NCBI GenBank assembly: GCA_965206595.1
Contig: OZ242214.1
Span: 4,704,001 to 4,768,000, forward strand
Length of the DNA stretch: 64,000 bases
Source of the DNA: Candidatus Latescibacterota bacterium
GTDB lineage: Bacteria > Latescibacterota > UBA2968 > UBA8231
Direction of reading: 5' to 3'
In this document: positions 9,891 through 19,213 of the stretch, in pieces
Layout of the letters: each line of letters opens with the position of its first letter
Position numbering within the stretch: position 1 is the first letter of the stretch
Notes under the pieces: generated by a model
Databases searched by the model: none
Seen by the model: the letters and a program-made list of their open reading frames with translations, nothing else
Told to the model about the DNA's origin: nothing
Made by a program: the position numbers and the translations under genes

Positions 9891-11173
9891 GGCCCGGACC
9901 CGGTATGCAGGGAGGCGACCTCGCCGGCAGGTACCTCCCGTTCCTCGCCGGTCGCCAGGTCGCGCACCTTGACGAGGCCGCGCTGCCATTCGTCCGGGGC
10001 GACGAGAACCAGCCGGGAGGCGCCGCTGCTGTCGGCGTGGCGGAAGGCCCACTTCATCCTGCGCTCTTCGAGGACGAGATCGACCGAGCGGCCTGCCCGG
10101 CGCAGCCGGGTGGCGATTTCCATGGCCGCCGGCCGCAGCTCGGCGCTGAAGGGGAAGACGACGTCGTCGAAGCGTCGCCGCAGTTCCGGCCGCAGGCCCT
10201 TTTCTGACAGCAGCTCGACGATCACGGCGTCCCCGAAGCCGAAGCCGCAGGCGGGAATGTCCCTGCCCCCGAAGGTCGACAGGAGGCGGTCGTAACGTCC
10301 CCCCCCGCAGATCGCCCTGAGCTCGGAGGCGCGGTCGAAAACCTCGAAGACTACTCCCGTGTAGTAGGCGAGGCCGCGCACGAGGCCGGCATCGAAGCGC
10401 ACCCATTCGGCGATCCCGTACTCGGCAGCGAGCGCGAGCAACCGGTGCAGGTCGCTGATGCCGCCGCTGTCTTCCCCGATCAGGGAGGCGGCGTCGTCGA
10501 GGGAGGCCAGCGAGGTCAGCTCGAGGAGGCTGTCGACGACGGAGGCAACCAGTCCCAGGCGTTCGAACTCTTCCCGCACCACCCCGGCAGGCAGCTTGTC
10601 GAGCTTGTCGACGAGCACGCAGACCTCGGAAAAGCGCTCCTCGGGAACGTTGGCGGCGTTCAGCACCGCCTCGATGATCTTGCGGCTCGAGAGCTTGATC
10701 TCGACGTCTTCCGCGGTCAGGCCGAGGCGCGAGAGCAACGTCGTCACGAGACAGAGGAGCTCGGCCTCGGCGGCGACGTCTGAGATGCCTAAAATGTCGA
10801 CGTTCCACTGGTAATGTTCGCGCCTGCGCCCGCGCTGGATGCGCTCGTAGCGCCAGCACTGAGGAATGCTGAACCACTTCAGCGGCAGGGCCAGCGATCC
10901 CGCCCTGCCCAGCACGAGGCGCGCCAGCGAGGGGGTCATCTCCGGTCTCAGGGCAAGGCGCCGCCCCCCCTTGTCCTCGAAGCTGTACAGCTCGTCGACG
11001 ATCTGCTCCCCCGCCTTGCGGACGTACAGCTCTTCCGATTCGACGACAGGGGCGTCGTACTCTTCGAAGGCGAAAGTCTGCGCGACCTCGCGGAAATGCG
11101 TGAACAGCCAGTTGCGCAGGCGGAAATTGTCTGGATAGAAGTCTCGCGTCCCCCGAGGCGGTGAGAGATTCAT
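9887..11173 (-). CDS. hisS: histidine--tRNA ligase
   Basis: PRGTRDF, LRPEMTPS, RYERIQRGRRREHYQW, RGLAYYTG, GGGRYD, anticodon-binding C-terminus. Confidence 0.97.
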   Translation of the reverse strand: MNLSPPRGTRDFYPDNFRLRNWLFTHFREVAQTFAFEEYDAPVVESEELYVRKAGEQIVDELYSFEDKGGRRLALRPEMTPSLARLVLGRAGSLALPLKWFSIPQCWRYERIQRGRRREHYQWNVDILGISDVAAEAELLCLVTTLLSRLGLTAEDVEIKLSSRKIIEAVLNAANVPEERFSEVCVLVDKLDKLPAGVVREEFERLGLVASVVDSLLELTSLASLDDAASLIGEDSGGISDLHRLLALAAEYGIAEWVRFDAGLVRGLAYYTGVVFEVFDRASELRAICGGGRYDRLLSTFGGRDIPACGFGFGDAVIVELLSEKGLRPELRRRFDDVVFPFSAELRPAAMEIATRLRRAGRSVDLVLEERRMKWAFRHADSSGASRLVLVAPDEWQRGLVKVRDLATGEEREVPAGEVASLHTGSGP

Positions 11174-11213
11174 GGTCCTTAAGGTATGCGAGGTTGGCGA
11201 CGGTGTCTCTCCG

Positions 11214-12032
11214 TCACCCGGGGTAGAGCTCGCCTGCCAGGATTGCCAGCAGACCGAGGGGCATCAGCGCCGTCAGGGCCCTGCTCGTGCTTCCGGAACC
11301 GCCGAGGAGGCGAGCCAGGACGATCAGGAGCAGCAGGTCCATCACCCCGACCACCGCGGCGTAGACCCAGCCGTACAGTCCGAGGTAGCGCGGCAGAAGG
11401 GTACCGGTAATCAGCAGCCCGTACACGGAAGCCGCGGCGTACCGGGCCCTCGTCGCACCGACCGCAAGGGCCAGGGTGCGCACCCCGCGGGCGCGGTCCC
11501 CCTCGGCGTCCTCGATGTCCTTGACGATCTCGCGCCCCAGGTGAAAGAGCAGGGCGAAGCCGGCCGGAATCCAGGACCTTCCCAGGGTCCCGCCGGCCAG
11601 GGCCCCAAAGGGAAAGGCCAGCGCCGCGAGAGCCGCCACCAGAAGGTTGCCCCAGAGCACGGTGCTCTTGATGCAGGTGCTGTACAGCCAGAGTCCCGCA
11701 AGCGTGACGGCGGCGATCAGTCCCGGGACCGGTCCGGCCCCTATCGCAAGGCCCAGCCCGGCCGCCGCGCTCCCCGCGGCGACCAGGGCCGCCCGCCTCG
11801 GCGTCAGCCTGCCTGCCGGAAGCGGCCTGCGAGGCCGGTTGATCCTGTCTATTTCGAGGTCCCGGAGGTCGTTGTAGGCGTTCCCGGCCCCCGTGACCAG
11901 GGCGGCGGCCAGAACTGCCAGCCAGACGGGAGGCGGAAAGGGAACGGCACCGCCGGCCACCGCCCCGATGAGGACGGATGCCGCCGTGATGCAACAGTTC
12001 AGCGGCCTTAGAAGCTGCAACTCCGCCATCAT
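11214..12032 (-). CDS. UbiA-family prenyltransferase, DGGGP-synthase-like
   Basis: LRPLN, NAYNDLRDLEIDRINRPRRPLPAG, REIVKDIEDAEGD; several TM helices. Confidence 0.85.
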   Translation of the reverse strand: MMAELQLLRPLNCCITAASVLIGAVAGGAVPFPPPVWLAVLAAALVTGAGNAYNDLRDLEIDRINRPRRPLPAGRLTPRRAALVAAGSAAAGLGLAIGAGPVPGLIAAVTLAGLWLYSTCIKSTVLWGNLLVAALAALAFPFGALAGGTLGRSWIPAGFALLFHLGREIVKDIEDAEGDRARGVRTLALAVGATRARYAAASVYGLLITGTLLPRYLGLYGWVYAAVVGVMDLLLLIVLARLLGGSGSTSRALTALMPLGLLAILAGELYPG

Positions 12033-12218
12033 TGGCATCACCGGGGCTGCCCGTGTAGCCCCGGAACAAGGGCGGCTGACAAGTAGTGAACAGCCGCGAC
12101 AAACGGGTCGGAAAAGCAGTTGTTTTCCGGCCGTTGCGGGGGGTGTTTACGAGGTGCCCAAAATAGGGGCTAATTTCTTGTAACTGTCAAAAAAATAAAT
12201 GGTTCGTGCGGATTTTTC

Positions 12219-12247
12219 TTGACAGTCAAAAAACAGGGAAGTACTTT
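12219..12247 (+). promoter_or_regulatory. sigma70-type promoter of the HU/IHF gene
   Basis: TTGACA (12219-12224), 17-nt spacer, TACTTT (12242-12247) within an AT-rich intergenic region. Confidence 0.65.
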
Positions 12248-12347
12248 GACGGAAAGTCGTTATTATCCAACAACTAATGTCAATTTTGATGTCAATTTTT
12301 CGGTCTGATCCGGCATGGAAATCCCGCCTCCCATAGGGGGTCGGCTT

Positions 12348-12701
12348 TTGCCGACGATAACGAAGAAGGATCTCGCCCTTCTCGTCAGCCAGAGCACCGG
12401 CTGCAAGAAGAATCTGGCGGCCAAAATGGTCGACAGTCTCTTCGTCGCCATGAGGGACAGCCTGATCCAGGGGAACCGCATCGAAATTAGGGGCTTCGGC
12501 GTTTTTCAGGTCAAGGACACCCGCCCCAAGCCCGCGGCCCGCAACCCCCGGACCGGTGAAATCATCTACGTGCCTGCCCGCCGCAAGACGCACTTCAAAC
12601 CGGGCCGGCTCCTCAAGGAGGCCCTCCACCAGACGCGGGAAGGCAATCTCGATCTCCCGCTCGATTTCGACGAAGAAGAAGAAGAAGAAGACGATATCTG
12701 A
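12348..12701 (+). CDS. HU/IHF family DNA-binding protein with acidic C-terminal tail
   Basis: ITKKDL, IEIRGFGVF, ARNPRTGE, FKPGRLLKE; TTG start after GGGGG. Confidence 0.92.
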   Translation: MPTITKKDLALLVSQSTGCKKNLAAKMVDSLFVAMRDSLIQGNRIEIRGFGVFQVKDTRPKPAARNPRTGEIIYVPARRKTHFKPGRLLKEALHQTREGNLDLPLDFDEEEEEEDDI

Positions 12702-12726
12702 AGCAGCGAAATCAGGAAGGAAGCAG

Positions 12727-12760
12727 ACCCCGGTACGGATGGACGTACGGGGGTTTTTTT
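12727..12760 (+). terminator. intrinsic terminator
   Basis: Hairpin ACCCCGGTACG-loop-CGTACGGGGGT followed by a T-run. Confidence 0.75.
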
Positions 12761-13427
12761 ATTGGTTTTCGCCGGCTTCGTCCCCGGGGGAGCCGTCCAT
12801 CAGGGCGGCGATCCGCTGCCGCCAGTCGGGGGGGACTTTGAGGTTGGCGTCGAGCCTGAAATCCGCGGCCAGCGAGCGGAGGATCTCCGACCTGCGCCGG
12901 CTGTCGGGGAGGGTCTCCCTGAGCCGGGCACGCAGGCGGCCGAGCCCGTCGAGATAGTCGACGAACTCGCTGTCGTCAAAGATCCGCTCGAGGTCCTGGC
13001 GCAACCGGCGTGCCAGCGAGGGGCTGGCGTTGCTCGTGCTGATGCTCATTCTCAGGTGACCTGCGGAGACGAGGGCGGCCATGGCGATGTTGGACTGCGA
13101 CGGCCGGTCCCAGGTGTTGATGAGGCAGCGCTGCCGGCAGGCCAGCTCGTAGACCTCGCGGGCAAGCTCCGGGTCGCCGGGGACGGTGTTGATGACGAGA
13201 AACACCCCGTCGAGGTCCGCGGTCTCGACGGGGCGATCGCGGTGCTCGAATCGCCCGGCCGCCTTCCATTCCCGAAGGTCTTCGTCGAGACGCGGGCTGA
13301 CCACGGCGAGCCGGGCCCCGGCGGCGAGCAGCCTCTCCGCCTTGTCGGCCGCCTCGGCGCCGCCGCCGATCACCAGGCAGCGGCGCCCCATGACGTCGAT
13401 GCCGGCCTGGAAACAGGGATTCAGCAT
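12759..13427 (-). CDS. precorrin-2 dehydrogenase/sirohydrochlorin ferrochelatase (CysG N-terminal/SirC-like)
   Basis: CLVIGGGAEAADK, INTWDRP, ISTSNASPSLARRLR. Confidence 0.88.
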   Translation of the reverse strand: MLNPCFQAGIDVMGRRCLVIGGGAEAADKAERLLAAGARLAVVSPRLDEDLREWKAAGRFEHRDRPVETADLDGVFLVINTVPGDPELAREVYELACRQRCLINTWDRPSQSNIAMAALVSAGHLRMSISTSNASPSLARRLRQDLERIFDDSEFVDYLDGLGRLRARLRETLPDSRRRSEILRSLAADFRLDANLKVPPDWRQRIAALMDGSPGDEAGENQ

Positions 13428-13519
13428 TCGGGTCGCTCGCCTGCTCTCGGGCAGTTAGTGCCCGCGCGCGGCGGTGAGCTTGCGAACGAGGGCACCGGAG
13501 GGATTCGCGCGCTCGGGCG

Positions 13520-13954
13520 TCATCCCTGCCCCCCTTGGAGGTCGGAGTAGTTGCGGCCTTCCTGCTTCCCCTGGTCGACGGGGAGGCCGCTTTCGAGCCA
13601 GCCCCTCTCGATCACCTCGCCGCTGTCGGTGTACGCTCCCCCGAAGCCGCCGCGGACGTTGGACACGTCGGCGAACCCCGCGACCGACAGGATTTCGGCG
13701 GCACGCGCCGAACGCGCTCCCGACTGGCAGCCGAGCAGCAGCCTGTCGCCGCGTTCGAAATTCGCTTCGACCACCCCGAGGAAGTCGGGGTTCGGCACCA
13801 TGCCGAACGGCTCCCGGTGCATGATCGGAATGTTGAGGGCTCCTGAGGGGTGCCCGTTGCGGAACTCCGGCTCGGAGCGCACATCGATGTACCGGTATCC
13901 CTGCTCTCGCATCAACTCCAGGGCTTCCGCGGAGTTGATCTCCTTGTAACTCAT
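13520..13954 (-). CDS. rhodanese-like domain protein
   Basis: IDVRSEPEFRNGHP.GALNIP, active-site loop GCQSGARS, VRGGF. Confidence 0.9.
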   Translation of the reverse strand: MSYKEINSAEALELMREQGYRYIDVRSEPEFRNGHPSGALNIPIMHREPFGMVPNPDFLGVVEANFERGDRLLLGCQSGARSARAAEILSVAGFADVSNVRGGFGGAYTDSGEVIERGWLESGLPVDQGKQEGRNYSDLQGGQG

Positions 13955-14146
13955 CGCTGGACCTCCTGCCGGCAATTCCGCCGGACGGGTGAAAAGCACC
14001 CTGCGCGCAATCCGCGCTCGCTGTCCGGGGTTTTCAGCTGCCCGACACCCGGGTGGAAGAGCGCGGAACAGGCCCTGCCAGGGCTGAAGGATGCGACTTG
14101 ACAGGGTGCACCACAGGCCATTCAATGACTTTCTATCTCTTCAGTA

Positions 14147-15326
14147 ATGTATTATTTCCAGCAACATAGACAATTTCCGAGGGGTCTTGCGCCGCTTGTG
14201 GCGTGGGCGTTGTCCGGCGGCCTTCTATGCAGGCGGCTGCAGCCATTTCGGCGGCGATTCGGAAGCGGAGGGTAGCGCTCGAAGCGACTCGACCGCGGCC
14301 GATTCGAGCGCCGCGGACACGAGCCGGGCCGACACCGCCAGGATCGACGCGGTGCCGGTGGAGACCGCCCTCTCCACCACCGGGGACATCTCCTCCTTCC
14401 TGCTGTTCAGCTCGACCGTGGAGACCGAGGCCTCGGTTGAGATACACCCGGAGATCAGCGGCTTGGTGGAGGTCGTCGCAGTCGAGGAAGGGGACCAGGT
14501 CGCTGCCGGCGACACCCTGGTGAGGCTCGACACCGACCAGGCCCGCACAGACGACCGCGAAAGCGCCATGGAGCTGCGCCACCTCGAGATGGGGTACAAA
14601 CGCACCGAGGAGATGTTCCGCCGCGGCCTCATCGCCCCCCAGGACCACGAGGACAGGCTCTTTCACCTCGAGGAAGCCCGGCTGAAAGTGGAGAAGGCGC
14701 GCCTCGCCCTCGAGAACACGATGATCCGCGCCCCGTTCGCCGGCGTCATCACGACGCGGCAGGTGCAGGTGGGGGCCCGGGTCGCCCCCGGGGCCAAGCT
14801 GTTCGATCTCGTCAAGATCGACGACATGATCGCCCGCGTGTCCGTGCCGGGCCGCTACCTGACCCGGGTGAGGGTCGGCCAGAAGGCAGAAGTGGTCTCC
14901 GACTTTCTCGAGGGCATGGAGTTCGAGGGCTACGTGAAGCGGATCAGCCCGGTAGTCGACCCGAAGAGCGGCACCTTCAAGGTCACCGTCGGACTGCGGG
15001 ACCGCTGGGAACACCTGCGGCCGGGGGTCTTCGTCAACGTCCGCGTCATCACCGACACCCACACCGGCGCCGTTCTGCTGCCGAAGCAGGCCGTCGTCTA
15101 CGACGGCGGCGAGCGCTACGTCTTCCTCGTCGAAGACAGCACGGCGTCGCGTGTCAGGCTCGACGCCGGGTACGAGGACAGCCGATTCATCGAGGCCCTG
15201 TCCGGCATCGTCATCGATACCCCCGTCATCGTCATCGGCCAGGCCGGCCTGAAGGACAAGGCCCGGGTCAAGGTCGTCAACGCATCCGGGGATGAACCTG
15301 CACCAGCAGGGAGCGGCCGGGGATAG
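14147..15326 (+). CDS. RND efflux periplasmic adaptor (MFP); signal peptide appears frameshifted
   Basis: VEEGDQVAAG, IRAPFAGVI, ISPVVDPKSGT, LRPGVF; ATG at 14147 gives a hydrophobic leader (GLAPLVAWALSGGLL) out of frame with the AGGC lipobox near 14230. Confidence 0.85.
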
Positions 15327-15331
15327 GGGTC

Positions 15332-18300
15332 ATGGCCGGCGCCGGACCCTCTCGCACCTTCAGCACCCGCTTCGCCGTCACGACGCAGCGACCCGTCGCG
15401 ATCCTGATGATCGTCACCGCGGTCTGCGTCTTCGGCTGGGTCTCCTATCAGCGCCTGTCCCTGGACCTGATGCCGGACATTGCCTACCCGGCGATCACGG
15501 TGCGCACCGAGTTCCCCGGCACCGCCCCGGAGGAGGTGGAATCGCTGGTGTCGCGGCCCCTGGAGCAGGAGCTCGGCATCGTCCGCCAGCTCGTCCGCAT
15601 CAGTTCGATCAGCAAGGCTGGACAGTCCGACGTCGTCCTCGAGTTCGAGTGGGACACCGACATGGACGCCGCCTCCCAGAGCATCCGCGAAAAGTCGGAC
15701 CGCCTGCGCCTGCCCGAAGGCGCGGAAAAGCCGTTGCTGCTGAGGTACGACCCCTCCCTCGACCCGATCATCCGCCTGGGACTGCACGGTCCGCAGACGA
15801 TGTTCGAGCTGCGCCGCCTCGCCGACCGCGAGATCAAGCGGGAGCTGGAGGCGATCCCGGGGATCGCAGCCGTCAAGGTGAAGGGCGGCCTCGAAGAGCA
15901 GATCCACGTCGACCTCAACGAGCAGCGGATCAGCCTGATGGGGCTGGACGTCTCGGCGATCAACCGGGCTCTCGATCAGGCCAACGTCAATCTGCCGGGC
16001 GGGCAGATGCGCGAGGGGCTGACCTGGTACCTCGTGCGCACGATCAACGAGTTCCAGACGATCGACGAAATCCGCCGTCTGATCGTGGCGGAAAAAGAGG
16101 GAGCCGAGATCCGCCTCGGCGACGTCGCCACCGTGGACCGGTCGTACAAGGACCGCGAGGTCGTCACCCGGGTCGACGGCCGCAAAAGCGTCGAGATCGA
16201 GATCTACAAGGAGGCGGACGCCAACATCGTAACGGTCGCGCAAAGGGTGGCCAACCGCATCCACGGGCTGCCGGAACAGCGGCAGTACGTCGCCCGACTG
16301 CAGCGGGAGGAGGAAGAAAGAGCGCGGGCGACCGCCGGAGACACGAGCGCTGTCGAAAACGGTGAAGCCGCGGCGGCGGAGGGAGAAGAAGAGAAGGAGG
16401 AGGAGGGACTCCAGGAGCAGAAGCGCGCCGAGGCGGTGAAGACGCTCGAGCACCTGCGCATGGCGGACTTCATCAGCCACCTGCTGCCCGAGGGGATGGG
16501 GATCGAGGTGCTGTCGGACCAGTCGGTGTTCATCGTCGACGCCATCGACGAGGTGCGGAAGAGCGCCGTCATCGGCGGCGCCCTGGCGATCTTCGTGCTG
16601 CTGGCCTTTCTGAGGAACGTCATGCACACGCTGATCGTCGGCGTCACCATCCCGGTCTCGATCGCGGCGACCTTCGCGCCGATGTGCCTGTTCGACGTGT
16701 CGATGAACATCATGTCGCTCGGGGGGCTGGCGCTCGGCATCGGCATGCTCGTCGACAATTCGATCGTCGTTCTCGAGAGCATCTTTCGCTGCCGCGAAGA
16801 GGGGGACGACCTGGTGCGGGCGACCGTCCGCGGCACCGGGGAGGTCGGGGCCGCGGTCTTCGCCTCCACTCTGACGACGATCGCCGTCTTCTTCCCCATC
16901 GTCTTCGTCGAGGGGGTCGCCGGGCAGGTGTTCGGCTCACCGTGGTCTTTTCCCTGCTGGCCTCGCTGCTGGCCGCCCTCTACTTCATAATACCGATGCT
17001 GGCGTCGCGGCGCCTGCAGCAGGGGGATGGAGACAGTCCCCTGCTCGCCGCCGGCGATTTCCTGCGGCTGCACGCGGTAGCCCGGGCCCGCGAGGCGATG
17101 GCGCCGGGCCCGTTGCGCGAGAGGGCAGTGCAGGCGGCCCTGATCCTGCCGCAGCTGCTGCTCGACCTGGTCCTGCGCATCCCGCTGGCCGCCGCTGCCC
17201 TGGTCGCCGCGGTCCTGAAAGGAGCGGCCATCCTGCTGTTCGAGGGGCTCTGGATCCTGCTGAAGCCGGGAGAGCTCTTCTGGATCAGGCCGGCGCGCAC
17301 CCTGCAGGCGTCGTTCGCCGACTGGGCCCGGGGGAGCCGCATAGGCCCCTGGCAGCCGTTCGAGCGCATCTGGCCCGACCCCCTGCTCGGGTATGGATCC
17401 CCGGACGCCCTGAAGGGGGACGCCGCCCGTCTCGGAGGCTGGATGTGGACGGCGGACGGCAGCGCCCGCAGCCCCCTTCTCCGGCGCCTTGCCCGCGCGC
17501 TTCCGGGGGTCGTCGCCTTCCTGTTTCTGCTGCTGCGGTTCCTGTTCCACACGCTGGTCCGCACAGTCGGGATCGCCCTGCAGGTGGCGCTGCTCCTCGC
17601 CGGGCTGACCGTGTTCGCCGCGACGACGGCTGCGGGCGTTCTGCTCGCGCCCGTCTTCGCGCCGATCCTGTTCCTGTGCCGGCGGGCAATCGGCCTGGCG
17701 CTGCAGGTGTATCCGGTGCTGCTGGAGTCGGCGCTGCGGCAACGGTACCTGGTGATGGCGGCGGCCGCGGCCTGCTTCTGGCTCTGCTGGTCCGGGCTCG
17801 TCCCGCGGCTGGGGACCGAGCTGATCCCGCAGGTCCACCAGGGGGAGTTCAACCTCGAGGTGGCGCTGCCGGTCGGCACCCCCCTGTGGCGGACCGCGGA
17901 GGTGGTGAGGGAGATCGAGGAGGCCGCCCTGAAACAGCCGGGGGTCGAGCGCGTCGCGACCGCGGTCGGCACCGAACAGGTCGGCGTCGTCGAGGGCGGA
18001 CGAGGGGGAGCACACCGCCAGACTGACCGTGAAGATGGTGCCGGGGGCAACTCCTCAAGAGGAGGAGGAGCTGATCGCCCGGCTGCGCCGCGAGCTGGCC
18101 GATCTCCCCGAGGTGGAGATCGAGGTCGCCTTCCCGACCCTGTTCAGCTTCAAGACCCCGGTCGAGGTGGAGATCCACGGCGACGACCTGCAGAAGCTGC
18201 GAAAGGTGAGCAGGGAGACGGAAGGACTGCTCTCCGGGCTCGAGGGGCTCGCCGACGTCAAGTCGTCCCTGCAGTCCGGCCACCCGGAGCTGCAGGTCAG

Positions 18301-19213
18301 GTACGACCGCGAGCGCCTCGCCGGGTACGGGCTCAATCTGCGCGAGGTCGCCGAGCTGGTGCGCAACAAGGTGAGAGGCCGGGTGGCGACCGATTTCCGC
18401 GAGCGGGAGCGCAACATCGACGTCCTGGTCCGCCTGCGTGAGGCGGACCGTTTCAGCGTCGAGGAGCTGGGACGGCTGGTCGTCAATCCCGGCGGCGAGG
18501 TGCCGATCGCGCTGGCCTCCGTGGCCTCTATGGAGATCGCCGAGGGGCCGAGCGAAATCCGTCGCATCGACCAGCAGCGGGCGGCGCTGGTCACCGCCAA
18601 CATCAAGGGGATCGACCTGGGCTCGGCCTCCCGGAACATCGCGCAGGCGCTGCGCAACCACCCCTTCCCGGAAGGGTTCGGCTTTCTGATCAGCGGTCAG
18701 AACGAGGAGATGGAGACCTCCCTCGACAGCCTGCTGTTCGCCCTCGCCCTCGCCCTCTTCCTGGTCTACGTCGTCATGGCCAGCCAGTTCGAGTCGCTGC
18801 TGCACCCGCTGGTGATCATGTTCACGGTGCCGCTGGCAATGATCGGGGTAGTCGCGGTCCTGGTCTGGCAGCAGATCCCCCTGAGCGTCGTCGTCTTCAT
18901 CGGCATGATCATGCTGGCCGGTATCGTCGTCAACAACGCCATCGTCCTGGTCGACTACATCAACATCCTGCGCCGCGGCGGCATGGAGAAGGGCGAGGCG
19001 ATCGTGCGCGCCGGGTCGGTGCGCCTGCGCCCGATCCTGATGACGACCCTGACGACGGTGCTCGGCCTGGCGCCGATGGCGCTGGGCTTCGGCGACGGCG
19101 CCGAGATCCGCGCCCCGATGGCGATCACGGTGATCGCCGGGCTGACCAGCTCGACGTTTTTGACCCTCGTGGTCATACCGACGGTCTACGCCGTCGTCGA
19201 CCGGGGCAGATGA
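15332..19213 (+). pseudogene. AcrB/AcrD/AcrF-family RND permease subunit 1, split by two frameshifts
   Basis: Three consecutive ORFs (15332..16990, 16684..18441, 18029..19213) join into one RND: GMLVDNSIVV in TM4, GIVVNNAIVLVD and RLRPILMTT in the C-terminal half; breaks near 16935 and 18000. Confidence 0.85.

Noticed and set aside
12705-12730. SRP RNA-like motif (TCAGGAAGGAAGCAG)
   Set aside because: It lacks the CAGGTCCGGAAGGAAGCAGC core and long flanking stem, and sits between a stop codon and a terminator.
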